A stretch of DNA of 64,000 nucleotides, taken from NCBI GenBank assembly GCA_964252035.1, contig OZ176213.1. One strand, 5' to 3'. Below, in pieces: positions 23,701 through 34,700 of the stretch (its first letter is position 1; each line of letters opens with the position of its first letter). Position numbers and translations under genes: made by a program. The notes under the pieces are model-generated. The model worked only from the letters and a program-made list of their open reading frames with translations, ran no database searches and was not told the origin of the DNA. This stretch comes from Podarcis erhardii (lineage: Eukaryota).

Positions 23701-25740
23701 ACAAGATGCCGTGCCTCTCCCTCTGAGGAAGTCTCCCTGGGGTTTTAATTGGGCAGGATCCTGACACCTGGCCATAGTTTTTATTTTCTTCCTGTGCTAA
23801 ATATGTTGGTATCAATTACCGTACATCCTGGCACATGGGGCTTATTTGGACATATGCCAAATGATGGGAAATCTTGCTGTTGCAGTGAAGTAACAGTCAT
23901 CTGGGAATGACTAGGGTTCTTACTTATTTTGCAGATCGCTCTGAACCCAACTATGACTGTGCAGATTTCATCAGAGACAGCAGACAATCTTCAAGCTCTA
24001 GGTAAGCACTCATCTTTTACTTTTCCACAACACCTTTGAAAATCCTTGCTACAGAATTATTTTGAAAGGTCCTTTTCAGAGAAGCCAGTCACTAGAAAAA
24101 TGGATCGTTGTCTCTGTTTCCATGTTCTAAAACAAGGAACATCAATTCTAGGCAGAACAAGACCTATGACCCAATGCTGTGCAACACATGGGTTGTGGTT
24201 TGCTGCAGTGTAGAGTGGGCCTTAGAAACTGTTGCACTTATAGAGTAGGAGAAAGTGAGCAAGAGATGGGTCCATTTGTGGTTTACATGACCTCATTTTC
24301 TGCTTTACAGAACCCTCTCATATATTTGAAGTGGAAACAACAAACGAAGAAGAGAAGACTTTGAATAACCTTGTAGGCCTTTTGCAAGATATGGTGAAAA
24401 ATATTCCAACAGCATCAGCGCAAGGACAAACACCAAAACCAACAGAAACCGCAACTATCGTAATATCCCACCCAGAGCCTTCCCACCCAGAGCCTTCTCC
24501 ATCTGAAACAGTGGGCACAGTTTTGCTAAACCTGAATCCAAAGACTGAGGGAATACAAGTAGAGACGTTGGAAACAGTTGCCCTGACCAATGAAAATACC
24601 CCAACTACCTCAACAGCATTTTGGGACCTCCGAAATGACGCAGGTGCATCAGTCGTTTTACATTCTGATATAGTCACTCCGGAAGGAAATACTGAAGAAC
24701 AAACTGAGACAAGTGTATTTTATTCTGCTGAAACTACTCCAGATCAATCACTGGTCAGTGTGTCATTTTTGTTGGAAACGGATACTACCACGCAAAAAGC
24801 TATGACTTTTGATCAGCTAACAAATGGAGCTTTGGCAAGTCTGGTGGAGTCTCTAAGGAACGTGAGAAAAATGCATGTGAAACTAACTCATACCAGTAAT
24901 GAATCAAAACACGGTGAAACTGCTGTGACACAATCCCCAGAGAAGTCTGTAAGTGCAGAAATCTTGGAGTTGATTGACAGACTCATTGAAACCATTAAGA
25001 ATGCACCTAGCGCAGTTATAGAAGATCCAGCTCTCAATACCTATCTTGGAAAAGCAGAGAGCTACCTAAAAAGTGCTCTGGAACTAGCGGGTGAAGCAGA
25101 GAAGAGGTTGGGAAAGGGAAAAGCAGAGGAGGTGGTGGAAGTAGTGATTCCTTCCACAGGGTCTGAGAATGTGACAGTGGTGATTCCTTCCATGGAGGCC
25201 GAGAATGTGACAGTGGTGATTCCTCCCTCAGAGTCCGAGAAGGTGACAGTGGTGACTCCTCACAAAGAGTCTGAAAAAGTGACGGTGGTGATTCCTCACA
25301 CAGAGCCTGAAAAGAAGGTGGAAGCGCAGGGTCCTCCATTGGGCCAGGAGTGGGTGGAGACAGAGAATAAGGTGGAAGTAGTACTTCCGCCCTTGCCATC
25401 AGAAACTGTGCCCGTATCGACAGTGGCAGTTCAGTTGCCTGCATCTCCACCTGAGTCTGTAGCAGAAAAGGCAGAAGAGGCACAAATGGAAATGGGGAAG
25501 TTAAAAGCATTCATTAACTTGCTGTATGGTTTCAGTCCCCACCTAACTGCATATGCACAGAATTCGGCCAATAAAAAAGTTGGTGAGGACATTGTTGATA
25601 GAGCAATGGCAGTCCTTCATGCCATAAAAAGCATTTTCTGTGGAAATCCTGAAGGGCAAAGCAAACTGATGTTGCAGCAGTTGTTAAAGGAAGACATGGA
25701 GCTTGTGAGACAAGCCATGAAGGAAAAAAGAGTCTCTTAA
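15112..25740 (+). CDS. SPESP1: Sperm equatorial segment protein 1-like, join(15112..15223,20461..20498,23935..24001,24311..25740), 548 aa
   Basis: Four GT-AG exons with phases 1/0/1 sum to 1647 nt, an open frame ending in TAA. N-terminal signal peptide. The last exon has blocks resembling human SPESP1 (EEEKTLNNLVGLLQDMVKNIP; STAFWDLRNDAGASVVLH; YLKSALELAGEAEKRL; KAFINLLY; AMAVLHAIKSIFC). The position between ANP32A and NOX5 matches known synteny. Confidence 0.82.
15736..16310. repeat. Long inverted repeat (arms about 15736-15948 and 16096-16310)
   Basis: AATGGAGTGCACCTCCAGAGGTGAAGTCAAACCACTGTG... recurs as a reverse complement ending at 16310. Confidence 0.85.
16391..16521. repeat. Near-perfect 47-bp-arm palindrome (hairpin)
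   Basis: Arms 16391-16437 and 16475-16521 differ from perfect complementarity at 3 positions. The loop is 37 nt. Confidence 0.9.
17073..17150 (-). mobile_element. Bov-B LINE extreme 3' end
   Basis: TTAGTCGTTTAGTCGTGTCGGACTCTTCATGACCCCATGGAC is the reverse of the Bov-B 3' terminus. Confidence 0.7.
17690..17747. repeat. (AAC)n microsatellite; others: (CAG)n about 1309-1340, (AAT)n 11546-11586, (GT)n 18323-18348, (ATTT)n 38208-38250, (CT)/(CA) 48670-48714, (GT)n 57681-57724
   Basis: Seen directly in the sequence. Confidence 0.95.
19232..20028 (+). mobile_element. L2-like LINE 3' fragment
   Basis: GACTACTGCAATGCGCT..CAGAATGCAGCAGCT RT-end motifs and an AGAGTGGCTGGGG..(AAT)n tail shared with other copies in the window. 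Confidence 0.8.
20461..20498 (+). CDS. SPESP1: SPESP1 candidate micro-exon 2 (38 nt, (R)VHHTFDNIKEMQ)
   Basis: Very long TTTTC pyrimidine tract ending TTTAG and a CAG|GTAACA donor. Phase 1 in and phase 0 out fit both neighbours. Confidence 0.62.
20851..22976 (+). mobile_element. L1-derived non-autonomous element (HAL1-like): CpG-rich 5' UTR, decayed ORF1, L1-type 3' end, no RT
   Basis: Flanked by a perfect 20-bp direct repeat TAAAATTCAGAAACATCTCA (20831-20850 and 22977-22996). ORF1-like pieces at 21576-22152 include ESRKSQILRIGAWPGLEKE. T-rich 3' UTR, AATAAA at 22953 and an A-rich tail. Confidence 0.75.
23935..24001 (+). CDS. SPESP1: SPESP1 candidate exon 3 (67 nt, IALNPTMTVQISSETADNLQAL)
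   Basis: TTATTTTGCAG acceptor and G|GTAAGC donor. Phase 0 in and phase 1 out fit exon 4. Confidence 0.7.
24311..25740 (+). CDS. SPESP1: SPESP1 terminal coding exon
   Basis: The TTTACAG acceptor at 24310 opens into the 469-aa ORF of the track. SPESP1-like blocks are present, and ATTAAA follows at 25880. Confidence 0.9.
25135..25314 (+). repeat. Coding minisatellite, 5 x 36 bp (V-T/E-V-V-I-P-x-x-E/G-S-E-N/K)
   Basis: Units start at 25135, 25171, 25207, 25243 and 25279, e.g. GTGACAGTGGTGATTCCT...GAGAAT. Confidence 0.9.
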
Positions 25741-25879
25741 GAAGACACATTTGTTTCTTGGTTAGGGTAGATATTTTTCATCCAAGTTATGTATCACTAG
25801 AGATCAGTTTTGTTGTTTGTAAGATCCATTTACATATATACATATATATCCATCGTTTGTAGCCCTTTCCAAATCTAGA

Positions 25880-25885
25880 ATTAAA
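25880..25885 (+). terminator. Candidate SPESP1 polyadenylation signal ATTAAA
   Basis: 140 nt after the stop codon and followed by T-rich sequence. Confidence 0.5.
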
Positions 25886-28699
25886 TGCTTATTTTTAAAT
25901 ATTTTTGTTTTCATTTTTCATCCTCAGTTTGAATTGATATTCAGGATACTCACTGTGGAGTGTGAGTTTATATTTAAGATAATTTAAGTCACCAGTTAAG
26001 GTTTAATGTGAAAGGTTATTCAAGGGACCACCTGAGTTAAGGCACAAGATTATTACAGAAGCTGGTTTTCACCAGAGAAAGGAGTATATGTACTTCTTTT
26101 AAATGTCCTTTTCCCTCCCATGTCTAAAATAATGTTTTACAGTGCAATCCTGTGCATGTTTAATTGATTGCTTTTTAACATGTTTTTAAGCTGTTTCTAT
26201 TCTAGTTGTAAGCCACCTTGAGTCCCAACAGGAGATAAGGCAGGTGATGATGATGATGATAATAATAATAATAATAATAATAATAATAGCAGCAGCAGCA
26301 CAATATAAGGCACTTCTTGCCTTCAGAGGTCACCATAGCAGTGTGGTGGTGGTGTTATAAAAAGAGTTTTCTCAATGGATCAGACAAGGGCCATGTAGTC
26401 CAGCACCCTGATCTAGCATTGACCAGATACGCCAGGAAGCTCACAAGTGTTTTTGATGGTAATGACCATTTCTTGTTGCTTGCCCCTTGTGTTTGGAAGT
26501 GAGGTATTTTGCCTCTATAGATGTAGGTTCCATTTTTTAGCTTTACTAGCCAAGAGTCGCTGATAGATCCAGTCTGTGTGGATTGGCCTCATGGTTTCGT
26601 TTTGTTTCTAAATAATGTTGCTAGTGGTCTTTCAGCAAAAATCCCTGTAAGAACTGTGTGTTATATGAAGATGGTAGACAAGAGTGGAAGGAGAATATTA
26701 AAACTAACAAAATGTAGCGCAAAGGCAATAAAATTCCAGAAGAATTAAATATTCCTGGCAGTAATGGAAGAGCTATATGATCCCTCCCCCCAAAAAAAGT
26801 CTATGATCATGTGGAATTCTGATTGTTTAAATTCTTTCTCCTTTGTTACTCAAATGAATAGTGGAAACAAATAGATTTAAATAGGTTACAGTTTGTCCTA
26901 CTACTTACAAAAGGTTTCATGGACAAGAAGAGGCTAGTCATTATGCTTTTGTTTCTGCATACAGCTAGTCATCAACACCTGTTTCTGGGTTGTTGCCTAA
27001 ATTAGAGCAGCCTTCTCTGTCTTGTTCAGAGTGCAGTCTGACTTGACTGTTCATCAGCAAAGAAGATACTAAATTTTGCATCTCAACAAATGGCATTTTC
27101 AGTATTCAAGTATGTTTAAAAAGTATGTTTAAAAATACTTTTTTGTACCATAGGATCTCCTATGGTACACTAGGTTGCATCTTTTTTTATACTGAGTTAG
27201 AAAGTGCAAGAGATTCTGTAAACTGCTGGGAAGGGAAAGAAGTCTGAGGAGCTAGACAAAGAAGTCTCTGGGACAGACGTTGCAGGTAACACACAGCTTT
27301 TTTTGTCTACCCCTGAAGTGTGTGGCTTGACTAGCTTGCATGAGTCTTCTGGAGTTACTCATTTTTATGGTCTCTTTATGCTCTCTGCTTTGATGTATAT
27401 CATCATGTGAATTGCTAGATAAATCTGAGGCAAGGATGTGTGTGCTGATGAATGAATTGTCCTTCCTCTGGGCAAGGAGGTTAAATTAAATGACCCTTTG
27501 GTCCCTACCCGTCCTGTGATTTGGGTGAGGTACATCATGAAAATCTCATTTCATGAAGTTTAAGGATGGTGGTTATTTTTGCCAAGGGAAGTGGATCATT
27601 ACTTGGCCATGAGTGTTAATAGTCATGCTCAGCTGAAAGAGAACAAACTTATTTGAGACTTAAGTCAATGATACTGCATTAAATGGCATTCACGGTAACA
27701 GTCCTCCCCTGAATAATGTGATTTCCATCAAATTGCAGTCTGACAAAAAGAGAGCAGGGTGAAGGTGTGCACATATTTCTGCAGTGTTTTTCAGTGTGCA
27801 CAGAGCTATAAATTTTATAGCCACAGCAATCTTCCAAGGTAGGTTACATTGAGGCTCAGACTGACTACTCAGTGCATTTCATCACAGTAAACCTGCTTCT
27901 CTCATGCCACAACAAATCAACATTTGCCATATTATACCACTGGTGGCTCTAATCTGGTTAAGTAAAATACACATAAACAATTTCTCCTTCAGGCTGGGCT
28001 TTACCTTCCAAAACAGGCAGCTTAGCTCTCTCACACATTATAGCATCTTTTCTGCATCAAAAAGAGAAAAATATAAGTAGCTTCCTTGCTGTTACCTGGT
28101 TTTGACATTCCCATAGCAACCCACCTCCAACTTTGGTGTCACAAGCTCACCCATCATCTGTTGCTTTACAAGCAGGATTCTGTTCAAAGATGAGTAAAAA
28201 GGCTGTGACATGAATGGGACATATTTTCCTGTGTGTTTCTGACAGCTAGAAAATAAAGGCACAGCATGACTCAGGTTGTGTGGACATGATCCAATCTTGC
28301 AAAGGTTAGGTACTTTAATTAATGTAAAGAAAAGACAGGTGTCATCACAATCAGCTGCATTTTAAATATAATGCAGCAATAAATAGCCAATCTCAAGCTG
28401 AGGATAATGCAGAAGAAAAATTTGTCATGAGATGAGAATCTTGATACTTAAACAAACAGGCAGAGGTTTAACCAAATTGGTTGGCTCAAATCTATGCAAT
28501 AGGTAATAATACAGCTGCTTCTCTTAGCTATCACAGTACCAAGCAAGAAGATGGTGTATTTGTTTAGTTGCTCACAGATAAGGCACCAAATAGTGTGATG
28601 ATTTGGCACTAGCGTCACTGTCACTGAAAGTAACAAAGGGTTCAGATCTGTAATGGAAGACTTGTGAAGTTCACCAAATGTGGCATCCACTTTTAAGTC

Positions 28700-29295
28700 C
28701 ATGGGGCTTTAAGCACTCATGTGAGCAACTTGAGCTGAGCCAAGGAACTGGTGCAGCTTTTTTGGAACAGAAATTACATGAGTTCTAAATGGAATTCGTT
28801 GGTGGCTGTATTTTGGCTCAGTTGAAGTTTCTGAGTCACCTTCGAGGGCAGCCCCACGTAGAGTACATCCCAATAATTCAGTGTATAGCCTACCAGAGCA
28901 TGGAGTAGAATGGCCAAATAATTGCTGTCCAAAAGGGGACATGGATGGCAAACCAGGCAGAGCTGGAAATAAGCCACCAAGGCCACCTGAGCCACTAGCG
29001 ACAATGTTGCATCCAAGAATATCACCAACCTACTGGTCTGCTCCTTCCGAGAGAGTGCAGCCCATAGGACAATTCCCATGGCACTAAGCAATAGCTCCTC
29101 ATAACAGCTTTCTGAAAAAAACTGCCTTGAAATTAGGAGCAGAACCACTGCAATACAGTGCCCCCAACCTCCACATCCCAGAGCCACTCCAGAAAGATAC
29201 CATGGTCAGTGTATCAAAAGGTGTTAAGAGGCCAATGAGAATAAGCAGGATCCCGCTCTCCCCACCTCTCTTGATGAAAGTCATCAACCTGGTAA
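28700..29295 (-). mobile_element. Old L2/CR1-clade LINE RT fragment, interrupted by the L1 insertion (continues after 31228)
   Basis: The minus-strand translation resembles L2 RT (..LLILIGLLTPFDT..; LVDDFHQER spans the insertion site). Confidence 0.65.
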
Positions 29296-31208
29296 GCCTG
29301 ATACGGACAGCTTAAACATAAAAAATTACAGACCTATCTCATTGCTGAACAATGATTATAATTTTTTTGCGGGAATAATGGCAGACAGACTCAAAAATTG
29401 CTTAAAAGATCTCATACATAAAGACCAAGCCGGATTCCTCCCAAATAGACAGTTAAAGGATAATGTCAGACATATTATAAATATCATAGAATATCTAGAA
29501 GTTAAAAATGAAATACCGGTGGCATTACTGTTTATAGACGCTGAAAAAGCGTTCGATAACGTTTCATGGCAGTTTTTGTTAAAGTCTATGGAGGAAATGG
29601 GGATAGAGGGCAACTTCATAAAAGGCATAAAGGTGATCTACTCTAACCAAACAGCTAAATTAATTGTTAACAACAATCTGACAGACACATTCAGCATTAT
29701 GAAAGGAACAAGACAAGGTTGCCCTCTCTCCCCTTTACTATTCATAATGGTTCTAGAGGTCATAGCGAATAAGGTGAGATACACGCCAGAGATACGGGGC
29801 ATTAAAGTTGGAACAAAGGAATATAAGTTGAAAGCTTATGCGGATGACCTAGTGTTATCGTTAGAAGAACCACAAATAAGCGTCGGTAAAGTTTTGGAAC
29901 AATTAGATGAATTTGGCAAAGTATCAGGTTTCAAACTAAATAAAACAAAGACTAAAATGTTGGTGAAAAATACAGATAGGAATACACAAGAGAACATAGA
30001 ACAGGAATGTGGAATTAAGATTTCAAAAAAAATCAAATACTTAGGTATTTGGTTAACTTCAAAAAATATCAATCTAATTAGCGATAATTATACACCTATG
30101 TGGAAAGAGATTAAAAAAGACCTGGATATATGGAATAGGCTAAAACTTTCATGGTCTGGAAGGATGGCGGCAATCAAAATGAATATCCTGCCATAAATGC
30201 TGTTCTTATTTCAAACCATCCCAGTAATTAGGGGCTCTGCGATCTTTAAAGAATGGCAAAAAAGTATTTCAAAATTTATATGGCAGGCAAAGAGGCCAAG
30301 AATTAAATTTCAAATACTAACAGATAGGAGAGAAAGAGGGGGCTTTGCCATACCAAACCTAAGATTATACTATGAGGCTTCCAGCCTGTGTTGGCTTAAA
30401 GAATGGATTACTCTGGAGAATTTAGATCTGTTAGATCTAGAAGGCTTTAACAATAGGCATGCTTACTTGTGGCTAAATAAAGGGAAGGTCCATAAAGGAT
30501 TCTCCAATCATATTTTCAGAGGAGCACTGCTTGAAATTTGGAAAAAAATAAGAAACTTCTAGAAAAGAACACTCCTTGGTGGTTATCCCCAACAGATATC
30601 TTAACAATAAAAAAGGTAAACATGGAAGTGAAAAGGCTAACATATGAAGACATATTGATTAAAGCGGAAAAAGGTTGGAAGATCATGAATTGGGGATGAA
30701 ATTAAAAGAAAAGACCAAAATTTATTTCAGTACGCGACAACGGCAGCTAGGATATTGATAGCTCAAAAATGGAAATCAGTTGAGATTCCCACGATTACAG
30801 ATTGGCAAACAAAATTATTTGAATATGCAGAATTAGCAAGAATGACAAACAAAATCAGACATCAAAAAGAAACAAAGTTTACTGAAGAGTGGAGTAAATT
30901 TGTGACGTATATTGAAAGAAATTGTGGTAAATTAAAAATTACAGCAGGTCTAACATAATCCTTGTTATGCGTAAATTTTGGAAATGGAAACTGCAGGAGA
31001 AGAAAAAATGTAAGAAAACCGTAGCAGGATAGGAGGGAGGTCAAAATGTGTGTTAACGCAGTGTAAATAAGTGGATGATACTTAACAGTGATTGATAAGA
31101 GTGTTTACTGTTTATTTTTATATGCCCTTTTTTCTTCTGTTATATGTTTTTTGCTTGTGTGGAAATCTCAATAAAAAAGCAAATAAAAAGAAAAAAAAGG
31201 GAAAAAAA
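29296..31208 (+). mobile_element. 5'-truncated L1-clade LINE (ORF2 reverse transcriptase fragment, inactivated)
   Basis: RT motifs DAEKAFD, GTRQGCPLSPLLF and YADD in ORF 29342-30196. In-frame stop at 30194, later frameshifts and a deletion, and a poly(A) tail. A 20-bp TSD GAAAGTCATCAACCTGGTAA lies at 29276-29295 and 31209-31228. Confidence 0.95.
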
Positions 31209-31631
31209 GAAAGTCATCAACCTGGTAAAATGAGACACAATCTTCTCAGTCTCTTGAGATAGGTATGAATTCCAGGGAAGCACTCCAGGTACAAATGAAG
31301 GGCTATAACTCACCTCAGAAGCAGATTTCAGAGTATGTTTAGTTTACTATTCTGTTTTTACCAGCATGTGGATGCCATTCATATTTTCTGCCTACTATAC
31401 TTTCTGGCAATAAAATCTTTGCTGTCACTAGGGTGCAATATCTAATTGCTCACAAAACACTGAATGACTGTTCTCTTTAACTAACATGTTCCGCCATACC
31501 TGGGATGGTTCCTTCACATTACTTACAATGCAAAGTTCAGATCAGAAATCTTAACAACCAGCCCAAAGTTGACTGCAAAAAAATAATAATAAGAAATTAA
31601 AGGTCCTGCTGGTTTCCAATTTCTTAGCACC

Positions 31632-31751
31632 ATGAACTTAGATGATGACACAAAGTGGCTCGAGTGGGTAGCCAAACAGTTTGAAAGTATCGCCGGGGAA
31701 GATAAAGAGATCGACCTGGAAGAATTCAAAGCTGCTCTCAAGGTGAAGGAG
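31632..31751 (+). CDS. NOX5: NOX5 coding exon 1 (MNLDDDTKWLEWV...KVKE, EF1)
   Basis: Acceptor TTCTTAG at 31627, GCACCATG start context and a GC-type donor GAG|GCAAGT. Confidence 0.9.
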
Positions 31752-34700
31752 GCAAGTTTTGTCAAATGGGGTAGGAAACCCAATTGGGCTGAGGATTGTG
31801 ACAATGCAATGATGTTTTTGCTTAGAACGGCCCCTGTGTGAGGAAATACTGTGAAGATATTTGGCTTCACCCCTTTTTGGGGAGGGAATTTGTGCATATA
31901 GATTTGTTCATGCGTACTTGGAGATGCTTAATTGGGAATGGTGTGCAGAAGAAGGGTGGCTGATGGAGACTAGGAGGTTATGGGCAGAGAAGGAGGGTGC
32001 TGAAGAGCAAAATCAGCAGGGCGGGGGGGGAGAATGCTGGCATCAGTAGGGACTGAAAAAGTAAGGGAATGTTGAAGATTGGGGGATTTGGGGTTAGGTC
32101 AGAGTGGGGGGCCCATTTTTCAGAACCTATTTTTAATAACCAGCCAGATCTCCCTTTATCTGAAAGTCCCCAGTTCACTAATATTTCAAGTACTCAATTG
32201 CTTCTATTCCCATAATATTGAAGTAAGGTCTAAATAAAGACTAGTGAGAAATTGGAGGGTGTGTGTGTGTGTGATTTCCACTCCTGGATTAACCCCCACC
32301 CCCCAGTTGACTTTGCAAACATTTTCGCCCTCTCCTATAGTCCTTTTTCGCTGAGCGTTTCTTTGCTTTGTTTGACTTGGATGGAAGCGGCACCATCAGT
32401 TTGGACGAGCTGCTGGAGGCCTTGAAGCTGCTGGTACATGGAAGTGAAACAGACAAACTCCGGTTCCTCTTCCAAGTTTATGATGTGGACGGTAAAATTC
32501 CAAAACAGCACCCTTGTTCACTTGCATTTTGTCAAAACAATATCACTGTTCTACTCAGCATTGGCACTTTAGGGCAATAACTACCAATGCTCCTGGCTTG
32601 GTCCATTCACATGGAATGGTAAATGACTACAGCAATGTTTTATTATCAGATCAGTAATGTTTTTGTAACAGACATAAATGTAGCTTTTATTTTGGTGCAG
32701 AACTTTATTTCTGTTTTAGTGCCAGTATAACTTGATTACATCTCACTGTATCTTGAAATAAGTCTTCAGAAATTGTATCAAATCGTGGGCTATGAAATAT
32801 GTTGGAGCATTTACAAAGCTAGCCCAGCATGTCCAAATCCATTGTGTTGGTTGTTTCTTCAGTGCATAAAATAATGGTTATGAAAAAGTCCTCAGGGTTT
32901 TTTTTAGAGGCAAGAATATTCTTGTTAAAAGCGATTTCATATTTGTGTGTGTGAGTGTGTCGTTGTTGGGCTTGCCTTTGTCACTACTGCCCATTCACAC
33001 CACTGCTTGCACACCTGGAAGCAACAGGTGAACAGGCAGCAACAGGAAGGAAAGGGAAGCAAGAAAACCAGAACCCCCCATGCCTCTCTGGGCCTCAGAC
33101 AAGCTCTGCATGGGCCTGTGTTGTGGTAATCCAACCTAGAGGCTCCAACTGCCTTAAATCTTGCCTGTTGCAGATTTATTTGATGCCGACTGGAGATCCT
33201 CTTCCACTGTAGGCAGTGGGTCCATTGAACCTGAAGAATTGCGTACGGTCTTGGAGTCATGCCTGAAGGAGAGTTCAATATCTTTGCCAGAGAAGAAATT
33301 AGATGACCTCACGTTAGCCCTTTTCGAGTCGGCTGACTCTGACAACAGTGGGTCCATCACCTTCGAGGAGCTCAGGGAGGAACTGGAGCGCTTCCCAGAG
33401 GTCATGGAGAACTTAACCATAAGGTATTTTCTCTTCCACCTCCTAATCCAACTTTTCTCAACCCACCTAATGTCCTCCAGATGTTTTGGAGAAGTCCCAC
33501 CACTCCCAGCATCATACAGTCATGCAGGCTGGGGTCCATGGGAGTTGTGGCATTAAAACAGCTGGAGAGCACCAGGTTGGGGAAGACTGTATCCTGTAAC
33601 CCCAAATTACCCCCTGAAAATGCTGCTTCACTGTCCTCCAGCAGCAGTAAGGCGGCACCGGGGCTCCCTCATCCTCAGTTCCGTCTTACAATTCCTTCTG
33701 CCACTTACAGGAGGATCCATCCCATCAAACCAACACTTATTTTTATTTTTTTTTATTTATTTACATCCTGCCTAATTTTCAAAAGAAACTTGAGGCAGGT
33801 AACAAATCCAGCCAACACAATGATATTGACATATATAAGAATCCCCGTTAAAACACCCAGCATGAGATTAAAACAGTAACACAAAACACCAAAACTACTG
33901 TAACATATTCCAAAACAGCTATCACAAACAAACATCAAAGAGAAATAAGAGAAAGACGGACATGTTATCTGAAGGCCTTCTTAAAACAGGAACTCTTTTT
34001 TTTTACCAGCTGCCTAAAATTATGCTGGGGCAGGGCCTGACACACCTCGCTTTTCTTAATTTCTCTAGTTTTAGGAAGTTGTGCACCCATCAGACCAAAA
34101 GCTTGGGCCAAAGAGCCTGGGAAATACCAGCAGCAGAAGCAGAAAGAAGGTGGTGGTGTCAGGTTTCAGTTGCCATCTCTGCAGCTGGGTGGCTGGGCTC
34201 ATGAGAGTTGTAGCTGCAAGCAGCTGGAGGGCACCATGTTGGGGAAGGCTGCTTTGAACCATTGACTCAGCCTAGACAGGTCATTTTCATTGGCAGCCTA
34301 AGAAATATTTTCCCCTTTGACACCTTGAAATATTCTTGCCAGCAGCACCTGGGGTTTAGAAATAATTACCCACCCCTGCTTGCTTCCTAGGCGAAGAAAC
34401 TCGCTCTGGGAGCCTCTTTGAAGGAAAGCTGCACCCTTTTCCCTCAGCTGCAGCTGCCTGCATTCTCTTGGGGATGAGCTGCATTCCCCTGCTATGTTTC
34501 AGCTCTGCGTAATTGGAACTCTTGAGCCTGCTGCCGCTGCTGTCAGCTGTCATTGCAGCGGAAATCTGCTGCGGCTTGCAACACTGGGGCAGAGAGGACT
34601 TCGGTTTCCTTAGCAGATGAAAAACAGCCAAAGCATCTTGTGGCACCCTAAAGATTAACGCATTTATTCCCGCAGAAGCTTTCATGGATGAGAGCCTGTT

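Noticed and set aside
29342-30958. RT ORFs as an active or domesticated gene
   Set aside because: The element is 5'-truncated with a stop, frameshifts and a deletion. TSD and poly(A) show it is a dead L1 copy.
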